From: an uncultured virus (IMG/VR IMGVR_UViG_3300042880_001179)
Taxonomy: Duplodnaviria; Heunggongvirae; Uroviricota; Caudoviricetes
Virus record (IMG/VR): IMGVR_UViG_3300042880_001179
Length of the DNA: 64,000 bases
Direction: 5' to 3' (one strand)
The position numbers and the translations under genes are program-made. The notes under the pieces were generated by a model that ran no database searches, had not been told where the DNA came from, and saw only the letters and a program-made list of their open reading frames with translations. Below, piece by piece: positions 29,383 through 39,860 of the stretch. The first letter of the stretch is position 1; each line of letters begins with the position of its first letter.

Positions 29383-30225
29383 TTAAGGAGGGCTTATTAA
29401 ATCGCCACTTTGTAGCGTATAGGGAGTTTCAAGTTTTGCACACAATGTTGTGCCACTATACAGATAATATGTTTTCTTTGCTAAATCGCCAACAGAGGCA
29501 CCGGCATAATACTTTGTTTCTTGTGTAATTTGTCCAGAAGTATTATAAACAGTGTTGAAGAAGAAATACGCATCATTAGAACCACGAAGTAGCTGCCAAT
29601 CAGCCAGAGGGGCATTTGGGTCCATGCCCTGCCATTGAATTAATTGAGCTTCATAAGCGTTTGTTCCGGGGTCCAAAAGAATAAGACGATCAGGCCCCAA
29701 AGTAGGATATTGGAACCTTTCCTGCATATCCCATCTTTCATAATAGGTGGGCAACTGCCTAATAGGACTATTTCTGTTATACTGCAATACTGTTTCAGCA
29801 CCAGTATTGGTAATATAAGCCCTAATATGACCACCACCAGCATTCTTGGTGTATTTAATCAATACCTTCTGAGGAGCAAAAGGAAAGTTTCTAGCACTAA
29901 AAAGACTAGCTTGAAACATGCCTGAGAAAATTGAATTTGTATTTAAACTGTTTACAACTTCCAAGGCAGTCACTGCCGTCATGTCTGCGCCGGTAATAGC
30001 TATATTTAAAGGACTATAACCCAAAAGACTTGGGTCATAGGCATACATCAAAGTCAGCACATTATTCCCGGGAGCAGATAAATCATAAGGGCCAACCTGA
30101 TGATTTATCATGTATTCAGGACTGTTTACATTCGCAGGAACGTTCCAAGTCGTTTGATACTGCCTGTCAGAGCCGAAAATAGTAGGACGAAATTCGAAAT
30201 TAAATACATTCTGGAAAAATGGCAT
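29383..30225 (-). CDS. Putative structural protein
   Basis: 280 aa, GAGGT RBS, composition like virion proteins. Confidence 0.55.
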   Translation of the reverse strand: MPFFQNVFNFEFRPTIFGSDRQYQTTWNVPANVNSPEYMINHQVGPYDLSAPGNNVLTLMYAYDPSLLGYSPLNIAITGADMTAVTALEVVNSLNTNSIFSGMFQASLFSARNFPFAPQKVLIKYTKNAGGGHIRAYITNTGAETVLQYNRNSPIRQLPTYYERWDMQERFQYPTLGPDRLILLDPGTNAYEAQLIQWQGMDPNAPLADWQLLRGSNDAYFFFNTVYNTSGQITQETKYYAGASVGDLAKKTYYLYSGTTLCAKLETPYTLQSGDLISPP

Positions 30226-30237
30226 GACAACCTCTAA

Positions 30238-30699
30238 TTATTTGAAATTTTTAAGTATCATTCTATAGTTATCCACATCCTCTCGGCTTTTTTTGATTTG
30301 CTCTTCATAAAAGATTTCCATCCATCTTCTTTCTGGCTCCTCAAGTAAACCAAGGTTGTCCGAAATCCTCTTGGCGTAGTTTAATACAACATCTTGTTCC
30401 ATTTTCAAGGCAAACTCTAACAATTCCTTCAAATCATAACTAACAATATACGGATAATTAGTTACAGTTTCTTCAGCTTGTGTTAAATCCACACCAATTC
30501 CCAGCAAAGCATTTTGAAATTCTAAAACATGCTGCATTTCTCCAAGAGCTTCTTTTTCAAACAACTCTTTATATTCTTCTCGATGAGGACCACTTACCGT
30601 AGAAGCTGCCGTCAAATAGAAAAGGAGATGTTTTCTTTCATTTTTCAAATCACCAAGCATCATGTTTGCAAACAACGCATAATCAGAATTTTTTAACAT
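30238..30699 (-). CDS. Ferritin-like (bacterioferritin/rubrerythrin-type) di-iron protein
   Basis: E...Y, E..GE..H and ME...V..Y ... E four-helix-bundle pattern. Confidence 0.75.
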   Translation of the reverse strand: MLKNSDYALFANMMLGDLKNERKHLLFYLTAASTVSGPHREEYKELFEKEALGEMQHVLEFQNALLGIGVDLTQAEETVTNYPYIVSYDLKELLEFALKMEQDVVLNYAKRISDNLGLLEEPERRWMEIFYEEQIKKSREDVDNYRMILKNFK

Positions 30700-30752
30700 T
30701 TTTCAGTCCCCCTTATATCTATTATAGTAGAAGTTCCAACAAGAATTGAACC

Positions 30753-32534
30753 ATGAGCGTCTGGAAAAATAAGTATAAAACCATCAGAGAATATTATTAT
30801 AAAACTTACGATCAGGAGTTTTATCACTTCGATGATTTGCAGCTTGCTATTAATCCAGATGAAACAATTGAAGATATAGAACAATATTCCGTAGAAAAAC
30901 AAACCGTTGAAGTTGAAAAATGCGTCAATAGTTTTTCATACTTTTGCCAAAAATATGTAAGAATTTTACATCCGACAAAAGGACTTGTTCCTTTTATTAT
31001 GTACAAATATCAGGCTAGAAGTATTGAGTATTACAGAAAACACAGATTTAATATCATATCTAAATTCCGACAGGGAGGACTAACAACTGTTACGCTTCTT
31101 TATGGTCTCTGGAAGTGTATGTTTGAACTAGACCAGCAAATCATGGCACTTTCCAAGACTGATAGAGAAGCAGTAGGCATTGGTATGATTATCGACAGAG
31201 CAGTCGAACATATGCCAACATGGATAAAGCCAAAAAAAGATGGCAAATGGAATGACCATCTTAAGCAATTTCCTGATACTGGCGGCGCTTTACAGTTTTA
31301 TTCCCCAGAGGCCGCCCGTGGTAAGTCGGTTACATTTCTTATTATTGACGAAGCAGCGTTCATTCCAGATATGGATAATCACTGGAAAGCTATGTGGCCG
31401 GTGCTGAGCACAGGTGGAAGCTGTGTTCTGGTCTCAACGGTTAATGGCTTGGGCAACTGGTACGAAGAAACATATACTCACGCCAAAGAAGGCAAAAATA
31501 TGTTCCACGTAATCGACCTTGATTACTGGGAACATCCTGATTATTGCCCAAAAACGAACCCTAATTGGGAAAAAGAACAAAGAAGCCAATTGGGAGAAAA
31601 AGGTTTTCTGCAGGAAGTTTTAAGAAGCTTTCTGGGCTCTGGTGAAACCTATATTCCATCTGATAAACTGACAATCCTAGATCAGCAAACTCGAAAAACA
31701 TCGCCAATCAAAAGGCTTTTTCCGCATTTTATAAACAAAGACGCACAAGATGAAGAAGGTTCTTTTGAAAAAGGAGCCCTCTGGGTCTGGCAAGAGCCTA
31801 AAGACGGTGCAGAATACATACTAGGAGTAGATTGCGCCGAAGGAATTGGAGCAAATGGCGACAACAGTTGCGTCCAAGTTATAAACTCAAACACATTAGA
31901 ACAAGCAGCCGAATTTTATAGCAATCAAATATCACCACATGATTTTTCCCATATTGTCCATGAATTGGCATCAGCATATAACACCGGACTTATAATCGTT
32001 GAAGACATGTCATCAGGAGGAATTGTTCTAGACATGTTAGTACATGAATTCAGTTACGAAAATCTATTTTATAGCGGCAAATCAGGCAAATCAGCAAAAG
32101 CTGGTATCAAAATGAGCATTAACATTCGCCCCATAGTCCTTCAAGGTCTTCAATCTAGAGTGTTAAATAATACCCTTCACATCAAAAGTAAAAGACTAGT
32201 TACTGAAATGAAAACTTTTGAGTTCAATGTCACATCCAAAAAAGCTGAAGCCGCCAAAGGAAAACATGACGATGCAATCATGTCTATAGCACTCGCCTTA
32301 TACGCTAGAGACCAAAGTGTAAGAGACTTGCCACTTGGCTCCCCAATGATTGAATCATCTAATAGAGCACAAACAAATCTAGCAGACATTAGGTCAGAAC
32401 TCAGAAAAGGACTCAGAGAATCAGTACTAGACAAAATTACAAAAAAAGAAAAAACACTCGAAGACCTTGAAAATGAAAATTTATTAAGAACTTATAGAAA
32501 ACAAAATGCATTAATAAAAGATTTCGGATGGTAA
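30753..32534 (+). CDS. gp17: Terminase large subunit (T4 gp17-like)
   Basis: KFRQGGLTT Walker A variant, LIIDEAAF Walker B, STVNG coupling motif, GVD.AEG and HDDAIMS nuclease motifs. Confidence 0.95.
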   Translation: MSVWKNKYKTIREYYYKTYDQEFYHFDDLQLAINPDETIEDIEQYSVEKQTVEVEKCVNSFSYFCQKYVRILHPTKGLVPFIMYKYQARSIEYYRKHRFNIISKFRQGGLTTVTLLYGLWKCMFELDQQIMALSKTDREAVGIGMIIDRAVEHMPTWIKPKKDGKWNDHLKQFPDTGGALQFYSPEAARGKSVTFLIIDEAAFIPDMDNHWKAMWPVLSTGGSCVLVSTVNGLGNWYEETYTHAKEGKNMFHVIDLDYWEHPDYCPKTNPNWEKEQRSQLGEKGFLQEVLRSFLGSGETYIPSDKLTILDQQTRKTSPIKRLFPHFINKDAQDEEGSFEKGALWVWQEPKDGAEYILGVDCAEGIGANGDNSCVQVINSNTLEQAAEFYSNQISPHDFSHIVHELASAYNTGLIIVEDMSSGGIVLDMLVHEFSYENLFYSGKSGKSAKAGIKMSINIRPIVLQGLQSRVLNNTLHIKSKRLVTEMKTFEFNVTSKKAEAAKGKHDDAIMSIALALYARDQSVRDLPLGSPMIESSNRAQTNLADIRSELRKGLRESVLDKITKKEKTLEDLENENLLRTYRKQNALIKDFGW

Positions 32535-32557
32535 TTAATCTATATAATTTAATAGAC

Positions 32558-33355
32558 ATGAGAAAAGCAGAAATTTCTATTGATTTGACTCTTTACAACG
32601 ATGCCATGCAGCTATGTCTGTATGACCGTGAATGGTATGCTATAGCAAAAGAACAAAAAGAAAATCTATTTGAAACAATTAAAATAGTTACCGGCGATTT
32701 GAGCGAAATAGCTACTAACAAGTATTTGCTCAACAAAGATATTGCCGAATTAATGAAGTATAAGTGTACCAATCAATTAGATGAACAAAGTCTGGGTTTT
32801 TTCTTTGATACAGAATCAGACGCAAGCGTGAAATATTTAACATCTGTCATCAAAACAAAGACAGAATTCAATGCGGCAGTAGTAAAGAACCTTCTTCAAG
32901 AATATTGTGACAACACAAGAGATATCTTTCACGCAACCATTTCGCCATTTCCCGAAACACCACTCGATACCACAAAATCCATGAAAAAATTTAAGGTGGT
33001 AATCAACGAAGATAAATACTTTATCTTAGAACTAAGTGGTCAAACTCTAATCTGTAGACAACATTTAGAAAATATTTCACAACTAAACGAGTATTTCGAA
33101 ACCAGAGCAACTTCTAAAAGGATATGCAGAGGATATTTTTCCAAAAATGACCTACCAGAAGAAATTGTAATAGAAGCACAACAAAAATTAAATTACCTAA
33201 AAGAATGCATTCTGCCAATCAATTTTGCCAGAAAAACAGAATCAGACTACAAAATTGTATACAAAGAATATCAAGTGTGTCATTGTCAAGATAAAGATTT
33301 TACAATTGATGGAAAAAGATTGAAGATTTCATATATTGACAGGTTCAAAAAATGA
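32558..33355 (+). CDS. Hypothetical protein
   Basis: Long ORF between terminase and portal; start uncertain. Confidence 0.55.
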   Translation: MRKAEISIDLTLYNDAMQLCLYDREWYAIAKEQKENLFETIKIVTGDLSEIATNKYLLNKDIAELMKYKCTNQLDEQSLGFFFDTESDASVKYLTSVIKTKTEFNAAVVKNLLQEYCDNTRDIFHATISPFPETPLDTTKSMKKFKVVINEDKYFILELSGQTLICRQHLENISQLNEYFETRATSKRICRGYFSKNDLPEEIVIEAQQKLNYLKECILPINFARKTESDYKIVYKEYQVCHCQDKDFTIDGKRLKISYIDRFKK

Positions 33356-33693
33356 ATAACAATGAAGTAAAATTGAATGAGATTCAAAAAACTTTGGAAT
33401 CCTGCCTAAGAGGCCTGCCAGAGCAGTTCGCCTTAGATGAAGTAAAAGGCAATCTAAAAAGAACTTTGGAATCAATCAAAAAAGTACAAGTCAAAAGACA
33501 TAGAAGAAGACTAACAGAACAAGAAAATCAACGCTCCAAAATGTCCTTCACTTCATATGACGATGCCAAAAAAGCTCTGGATATTCTGGAAAAAATGATG
33601 CAGGATGAGCAAAAAAATCTCGAAGATTTAACCAAACCAAAACCCCAAAATACAATCGCCGATTACAATGATAATGGCATGCTACTTGGATAA
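33352..33693 (+). CDS. Coiled-coil hypothetical protein
   Basis: 113 aa, coupled to the upstream gene. Confidence 0.55.
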   Translation: MNNNEVKLNEIQKTLESCLRGLPEQFALDEVKGNLKRTLESIKKVQVKRHRRRLTEQENQRSKMSFTSYDDAKKALDILEKMMQDEQKNLEDLTKPKPQNTIADYNDNGMLLG

Positions 33694-34158
33694 GGTAAAT
33701 TGAAAATTCATCGGAACTTGAACAAAATCCGATATCCTCTGCAAGTTTACCTGAAGTTTTTCTAAATCATCTTGAATTTTTATGTAAGATAAAGCCTGAG
33801 GAAGCTGCTGTCTGATAAACTCTTTCCTGTTGTCAAGATAATCTTTAGCACACATTCTGTGTATTAAACCGCTATCTTTAACTCTTTGAATACAGTCATC
33901 AGAATTGTTTTCTATGTAAATTACTTTAGAAAAACTGAGAGCATCTTTAAAACCAGTCTGCCAATTAAAGACCAAAATGTCAAAGTGTCTAGAAAATTTT
34001 GTTTCATACTTTTCATAATCAAAATAAATGTTAGAATTATAATAGGTATTTAGGTCATTATATACAAAATGAGAATACAAGAATTTGTTGGTTGTCAACA
34101 TTTTGTTCCACAACTGGGCGTCAACTCCAAGATGTGTCAATATAAAAAAGTGTCTCAT
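33682..34158 (-). CDS. Hypothetical, possibly degenerate sulfotransferase-fold protein
   Basis: FFILTH.G, KVIYI and IQ.DDL...LQRISDF resemble the P-loop sulfotransferase layout, without an intact RSG motif. Confidence 0.35.
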   Translation of the reverse strand: MRHFFILTHLGVDAQLWNKMLTTNKFLYSHFVYNDLNTYYNSNIYFDYEKYETKFSRHFDILVFNWQTGFKDALSFSKVIYIENNSDDCIQRVKDSGLIHRMCAKDYLDNRKEFIRQQLPQALSYIKIQDDLEKLQVNLQRISDFVQVPMNFQFTLSK

Positions 34159-34206
34159 ATTTATTCTATTAGAGATAGATAATTTAAATTAGTAGAGGTT
34201 AGTCAG

Positions 34207-36765
34207 ATGGCCACACCAATTTGGGCAGACTTTTTCAAAACGTTCGACTTCGCTTTCGCCAGAGATCCTGTCTCTAGGTCAATAGACCCAAAAGACTTGG
34301 TCGGCGCAGGCGTAGCACAGCCAGATGCTATTCCCACGCTAAACCCAGATGGAAGCTTCTGGAGCAATACAGACAGTCGCCTAATTAGACTAAGAGAAAC
34401 TAACGATTTTATCGACCTGTCTACCGTAAGCAATAGACAATCCCGCTACAAAGAATATGAAAGATTAAGGACAGTTCCAGAAATCGAATGCGCTCTAAGC
34501 GTCTTTAGCGACGAAGCTTGTTTAGCTGGCCACACCTTGATAAGCACTCCTTTCGGCATGTTTCCCATCGAAAAACTCGAAGAAAAATATAAAAATGAAA
34601 AGTTTTTAGTTTATTGCTATGATTTTAAGAAAAAAGATTATGCGTTAGGTTGGGCTCATAGTCCTAGAAAAACTAAAACCGCTGAAACAGTTCATGTTGT
34701 TCTAGACCACGGAAAAGAAATCGAATGCACTCCTGATCACCGAATACTTATGCGTGATGGAACTTGGAAGTGCGCTGGCGATATCAAAGAAGGCGACCTA
34801 ATTATGCCTTTCTATAGAATGCCAGTAAATCAACACCTCACAGATTTACCCACAAAACAATTCCCAAGAATATTCACATTCGGAAAAGGCTGGATTCATG
34901 AAAGACACTTTGTCGATGATTGGAGATTAGGCAAAAGTGAACCCAAATTAGATAAAATTGCATATTACGGTAGAATGCTTGGTCAAGATCTAAATATGAA
35001 TCAAATAGCTCAACAAGCCGGATGTGACTGGAAAACTGTAAAAAATCGTCTCAAAGCCGAAGGATTTTCAGTTGATGAACTAAGATGGTTAGGAAAATAC
35101 CATAAAGATCATAGAAGAGTACTTAATGTACATAAAGGAAAAATAAAAGATGTTTATGACTTAACAGTCGAAGAACATCATAATTTTGCCACAGATTGCG
35201 GTATTGTTCATAACTGTCAAAAAGATAGTCACGGTAACGTCATTCAAATTAATTGCAATAATGAAGATGTAAAAGATGAATTAGAATTCCTTTTTTTACA
35301 CAGAAGTATGATTAATCTTAATCGCAGAGTATGGAGCGATTTCAAAAGCCTCTTGCTCTACGGCGATCTTTTCTACGAATTAGTCATAGATTTGGACAAC
35401 CCAAAAGAAGGCGTCATGAAAATAACACGCCTTCCCCCAGAATCCATGTATAGAATTGAAACTACCAAAGGTAGAGTCGTAGAATTCCAACAATCCAAGG
35501 AAGGTCCAGATTATCAAAGCTTGACAAAAGCTCCAGTAGTTCACGCTACAGATCAAGAAATCGCCATGGCAACAGCCATACGCTTCAGTCCTGAACAAGT
35601 AGTACATGCACGCTTGGGAGACGACAGAAGAACCTTTTATCCATACGGAGTTTCTATCGTAGAACCAACAAGAGGGCCTGCCAATCAACTAAGACTCATG
35701 GAAGACGCCATGTTGGTCTACCGCCTCTCCAGAAGCCCCGAACGTAGAGTTTTTTATATCGATGTGGGACAACTACCACCATTTAAAGCCGAAGCATTCA
35801 TCGAAAGACTTAAAGACCAATTCAGAAAGAAAAAGGTCAGCCATAGCCAAGGAAGTTTCGGATCAGCAACCCCTAATAGCGTAGATGAAAGATATCATGC
35901 GCCAGCAGTCGATGAAGATTTCTGGCTGCCTATTAGACCTAATTCCAATACCAAAATTGAAACTCTACCGGGTGCACAAAACCTTGGCGAAATTGATGAC
36001 GCAATCTATTTTAGAAACCGATTGTTTACAGCATTGCAGTTTCCTAAAAACTATATGAACACAGAAGATCCTAACCAAACAAAAATCACACTTTCAGCAC
36101 AAGACGTAAGAGTTGCAAGATTAGTAGAACGCTTCCAAGCACCATATGAAGATATTCTATGGGAAATAGCTGATAGACATCTCAAATTAAGAGGCTTCCC
36201 CCTAGACACATATGATGATTTAAGAATCAAAATGACACAACCATCCGAATGGAGGGAATTGAGCCGACAAGAAGTTACAGCCGCTCGTATACAAAATGCC
36301 ACCAGCATTAAAGGCAGCACTCTAATGTCTGATTATGATATTCTCACAGAATGGCTTGGATATTCTGAAGAAAAATCCAAGATATTCATGGCAAGAATGA
36401 AAATGCAGAAAATTGAAGATGCAAAACTACAGGTGCTTGCACAAAATCCTGCCCTCCTTGGTGTTGGATTGCCTTCTGATGAAAGTAATAATGAACAAAA
36501 ACTGGGTACTACTCCAGAAGGTCCTAACCAAGAAATCAGCCCAGAAGGACTTAATCCTCCAGAACAACAGGGCGGTGGCGAAGCAGAAATGCTAGCTGGT
36601 GGCGGCGAACAAGCTGGACAACAACCCGCTGCCGGACAAGAAAATAACATCCAAGGCACGCCACTTCGCACGCCTACAGAAAAAGACTTGATTAAATACG
36701 ATATTGAAATCCAAAACTACGCTAGCGAAGAAGACTATGAACCAATAGATTACTCTGACGCTTAG
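34207..36765 (+). CDS. gp20: Portal vertex protein (T4 gp20-like) containing an intein
   Basis: NQLRLMEDAMLVYRLSRSPERRVFYIDVG.LP..KAE, EDFWLP and TKIETLPGAQNLGEIDD.YF motifs. Confidence 0.95.
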   Translation: MATPIWADFFKTFDFAFARDPVSRSIDPKDLVGAGVAQPDAIPTLNPDGSFWSNTDSRLIRLRETNDFIDLSTVSNRQSRYKEYERLRTVPEIECALSVFSDEACLAGHTLISTPFGMFPIEKLEEKYKNEKFLVYCYDFKKKDYALGWAHSPRKTKTAETVHVVLDHGKEIECTPDHRILMRDGTWKCAGDIKEGDLIMPFYRMPVNQHLTDLPTKQFPRIFTFGKGWIHERHFVDDWRLGKSEPKLDKIAYYGRMLGQDLNMNQIAQQAGCDWKTVKNRLKAEGFSVDELRWLGKYHKDHRRVLNVHKGKIKDVYDLTVEEHHNFATDCGIVHNCQKDSHGNVIQINCNNEDVKDELEFLFLHRSMINLNRRVWSDFKSLLLYGDLFYELVIDLDNPKEGVMKITRLPPESMYRIETTKGRVVEFQQSKEGPDYQSLTKAPVVHATDQEIAMATAIRFSPEQVVHARLGDDRRTFYPYGVSIVEPTRGPANQLRLMEDAMLVYRLSRSPERRVFYIDVGQLPPFKAEAFIERLKDQFRKKKVSHSQGSFGSATPNSVDERYHAPAVDEDFWLPIRPNSNTKIETLPGAQNLGEIDDAIYFRNRLFTALQFPKNYMNTEDPNQTKITLSAQDVRVARLVERFQAPYEDILWEIADRHLKLRGFPLDTYDDLRIKMTQPSEWRELSRQEVTAARIQNATSIKGSTLMSDYDILTEWLGYSEEKSKIFMARMKMQKIEDAKLQVLAQNPALLGVGLPSDESNNEQKLGTTPEGPNQEISPEGLNPPEQQGGGEAEMLAGGGEQAGQQPAAGQENNIQGTPLRTPTEKDLIKYDIEIQNYASEEDYEPIDYSDA
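34519..35214 (+). mobile_element. Intein (232 aa) in the portal gene
   Basis: N-terminal CLAGHTLI, block B CTPDHRIL, C-terminal VYDLTVEEHHNFA...VHN followed by extein Cys. Confidence 0.93.
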
Positions 36766-37157
36766 TTGTAGTAACTGTTATTAGTAGAACCATTCTGATT
36801 GGGGTTGGGAGCATTAACTACCTGATTCTCCCCATCAATGTATACTAAACCTCTGGTTATAGGATTTCTAAAGAAATTAACCGCACGCTCAATCATAGAA
36901 TAACCAATTTGCTTGCTATATTGGTCGTTTGCATTACATAAAACAAAACATACAGATTCAACAAATCCCTTGTTGTTACCCAACATGTTACCAAATTGCT
37001 CCAACAATTGCCTTCTGATTATCTGACGGTCTTGCTCATCCAAATGACCAAACATCTTTAATATATGATCTTTTTCTTCCTCTGAAGCATGCTTCCAGTG
37101 CTTTTCAAAACCCTCTGTTGTAGACTGTTCAGCCAAGTAATCGGAAAATTTTTTCAT
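36762..37157 (-). CDS. Putative internal head protein
   Basis: Begins MKKFSDYLAE. Confidence 0.6.
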   Translation of the reverse strand: MKKFSDYLAEQSTTEGFEKHWKHASEEEKDHILKMFGHLDEQDRQIIRRQLLEQFGNMLGNNKGFVESVCFVLCNANDQYSKQIGYSMIERAVNFFRNPITRGLVYIDGENQVVNAPNPNQNGSTNNSYYN

Positions 37158-37298
37158 GGTTCACCAATATTTAACGGTAACTGCATAGATAAAAGGATAA
37201 TTGGAAGTATACATTCTTTGTAATTAGCAAAGTTTTACCTCCTTAATATATAACAAGCGGAAAGTTATATTTAAAAAAATCTTTCAAGGAGATTTGGC

Positions 37299-39167
37299 AT
37301 GAAAAAGAAATTTGTCGATTTCGAGACTTATAAGAACATCGAAAAGAACTCACTTACCTCTGTTGAGCGTGAGTTGGATGAAGCCGCTGAGTTTGTCGGC
37401 AAGGTTTGTGGAGATACAAACCTAAGGCTTTATTGCATTTCAGAGGACACCGCCACCTATGTTGCAAGCAACGGTGACCTAGTCCAAGCCCAATACACCG
37501 TAGACAATAACAAGATTCTTCTAGAAAATATTGAAGTTTTAGTAGTAGAAGAAGAAAACCTTGAAATGTCTCGCAAAAATGTTATCGGCCAGATGGTCGA
37601 TGCTATTCTTGAAGAAAACCTAGAAGGCGCAAACGTCAAGTTTTCTGAATACTTCGAAACACCAGTCGTTAAGGCTGGCCTAAGAGAAGGCGTTGTTAGC
37701 GAAGGCGCTAAGCATGACAAGAAGAAGAAAAAGAGAGGACTACCCGAAGGTCTTCGCAAATATCTCGAAAAGCACGGTAGCCCCCTCCATAAGAAGGGCA
37801 AGAAGAGCAAAGCCGACGAAAGAGATGATAAAAAAGACGGCCTCGATAAGAAGAGACTCAAGAAAGTTGCTCAAAAAGCAGGCGATCATAAACTTAAGGA
37901 ATGGGGCCTAATCGCCAAAAATATCCTTGAATTCGTTGATTTCCGCAGCAATGGCGACCTTTACAAAAATGTTCGCACACAAAAAGATGCCAAAGGTAAC
38001 GTTACAGGCGTTTCCATTCCACGCTCCAACGTCCGCAACGAAGGCAAAGTCCTCATGTTGCAGTACAAGGACATGGCAAACATCATTGATGGCCGCTTCA
38101 AGACTCTCAGCGAAACCCTAAACCATCAGTCCAACTGGCTAAAAGCTGTTAATGACATGAAGCGTTACAACGCTATGTCTAACGGCGAAGGTCTACAGAC
38201 TTGCTTCGAAAATGTCGTTTCCGTTTGGCCAAACCTACTCTATCTCCGCAGAGCAGAACTTGCCCATAAGATTGACGAAGCTCTTAAGGTTACTGGCGCT
38301 AAAAATTATGATGACGAAACCTGCGTTTTCTTGGCAGAAGGCGTTATCAGAACCGCCCATAAGACCTATAGCGATAGAGTTAGCAAAATCTTCTCCGCTG
38401 CTGGAAAACAAGCAGACCTAGACGATTTTAACGCTTTCGCAGCAGTGTCCGAAGCTGTCTTCGCTAAAGCCGATGAAACCATCCGTGCTGAAAGACAAGT
38501 ATTCAAGGACCTTTACCGCTCCCTAAGCGAAGTACACCGCCTCAGCCGCCTCATGGGCGATGATGCCACAAGCCTAGAAGTTGGCTCCCTCATCCATGAA
38601 TGCGAAAGCGTTCTTAAGAATGAAAGCGCCCCTTCCTTGGTTCTCGCTGAAGACCTAGCCCTCTATCTAGAAGCCGCTACACAAGCCCTAGATTTCGACG
38701 GTTCTGCTTGGACTGTTATGTCACCAGTTATCAGCATCAATGGCGATAACCCATTCATTCACAAATACGGCGCTATGAACGGTAGCCCCGGCGATCATAA
38801 GGGGCCATATGAACTAAGCCCCACATCCGATGGACATACTGTAAAAACTGACGTTACAGGCATGGAATATTACACAAACATGCACAGCAACGACCTCAAC
38901 CCAAAACTACATAACCCCTACGCTCCCGAAGGCGGCGACTTCCTAATCAAGGGCGCTACCCCAATCGTTTCCGATACATTCGAACTCGGAACCTCTGGCG
39001 GTAAAGACACTTGGCCAGCCTTGGAAAACCCCTACATCCCCGGACAGGAAATGACCTTGGGCGACAGCTTCAAGCTAATCGATCCTGAAAACGCATCAAA
39101 TTGGTACAAAAAGAACCTCGATGTGGTTCCCCAAGATGATGTTCTCGCCAAAACAGCTAAAGACTAA
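37299..39167 (+). CDS. Probable prohead core protein
   Basis: Lies between portal and protease, with many L/I-x-E sites, high-expression-like codon use and a strong RBS. Confidence 0.6.
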   Translation: MKKKFVDFETYKNIEKNSLTSVERELDEAAEFVGKVCGDTNLRLYCISEDTATYVASNGDLVQAQYTVDNNKILLENIEVLVVEEENLEMSRKNVIGQMVDAILEENLEGANVKFSEYFETPVVKAGLREGVVSEGAKHDKKKKKRGLPEGLRKYLEKHGSPLHKKGKKSKADERDDKKDGLDKKRLKKVAQKAGDHKLKEWGLIAKNILEFVDFRSNGDLYKNVRTQKDAKGNVTGVSIPRSNVRNEGKVLMLQYKDMANIIDGRFKTLSETLNHQSNWLKAVNDMKRYNAMSNGEGLQTCFENVVSVWPNLLYLRRAELAHKIDEALKVTGAKNYDDETCVFLAEGVIRTAHKTYSDRVSKIFSAAGKQADLDDFNAFAAVSEAVFAKADETIRAERQVFKDLYRSLSEVHRLSRLMGDDATSLEVGSLIHECESVLKNESAPSLVLAEDLALYLEAATQALDFDGSAWTVMSPVISINGDNPFIHKYGAMNGSPGDHKGPYELSPTSDGHTVKTDVTGMEYYTNMHSNDLNPKLHNPYAPEGGDFLIKGATPIVSDTFELGTSGGKDTWPALENPYIPGQEMTLGDSFKLIDPENASNWYKKNLDVVPQDDVLAKTAKD

Positions 39168-39182
39168 GTCTAAGGAGATAAA

Positions 39183-39860
39183 GTGAACTCGAACCAGTAT
39201 CTACTAATCGACTGCTGTACCTATGGAGGAATTGAGCTTGCCATGAATGAGTCCTCAGAAAGAGGACTCACCAAATTCAGAGGCAAATTCCAAGAAGCGG
39301 AAGCTGTTAATAAAAACAAAAGAATGTACAGCTATGGTGTACTAAATGAGAATGTAAAGAAATTGCAAGAATGTGTCAAAGCAAGAGGACTTGTGGGTGA
39401 ATTAGACCACCCAGAAGATAGCATTATTCACTTCGAAAAAGCATCTCACGTTATTACGAAGTTGTGGTGGGAAGGAAGCGTCCTAATGGGTGAAGGAGAA
39501 ATCCTTAATACACCCCACGGAAAAATCCTAAAAGCCCTAATCAACGACGGCGTACGTGTCGGTGTCTCTTCCCGTGGCGTAGGCAACGGAAAGACGAATG
39601 AGAATGGCATCCTTGTAATTGACGAGTCTTACAAACTCATCACCTTCGATGTGGTTGCTGACCCGTCTACATTCGCCGCTTTCCAAAAGAAAGTAGGCAC
39701 AACCAAGGAGAGTCAGGAGTACACTCCAGAGGTTTTTGATAATTCCCAGAAAAAAAATGACAGCAGCAGCATACATAAGGTAAACAAAGATGCTCTGATA
39801 GCGTGTCTGGGCGGAATTGTAAAGGCTCAAACTAACAACATCAAAATGAGGTTAGGATAA
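39183..39860 (+). CDS. gp21: Prohead maturation protease (T4 gp21-like, S80)
   Basis: N.NKR.Y, GELDHP, GVSSRG.G and TFDVVADPS motifs. Confidence 0.95.
   Translation: MNSNQYLLIDCCTYGGIELAMNESSERGLTKFRGKFQEAEAVNKNKRMYSYGVLNENVKKLQECVKARGLVGELDHPEDSIIHFEKASHVITKLWWEGSVLMGEGEILNTPHGKILKALINDGVRVGVSSRGVGNGKTNENGILVIDESYKLITFDVVADPSTFAAFQKKVGTTKESQEYTPEVFDNSQKKNDSSSIHKVNKDALIACLGGIVKAQTNNIKMRLG

Noticed and set aside
31060..31090. Terminase Walker A lacking the usual GKS/T lysine
   Set aside because: RQxG(I/L)(S/T)T variants with an upstream Lys occur in this terminase group, and the other motifs are intact.
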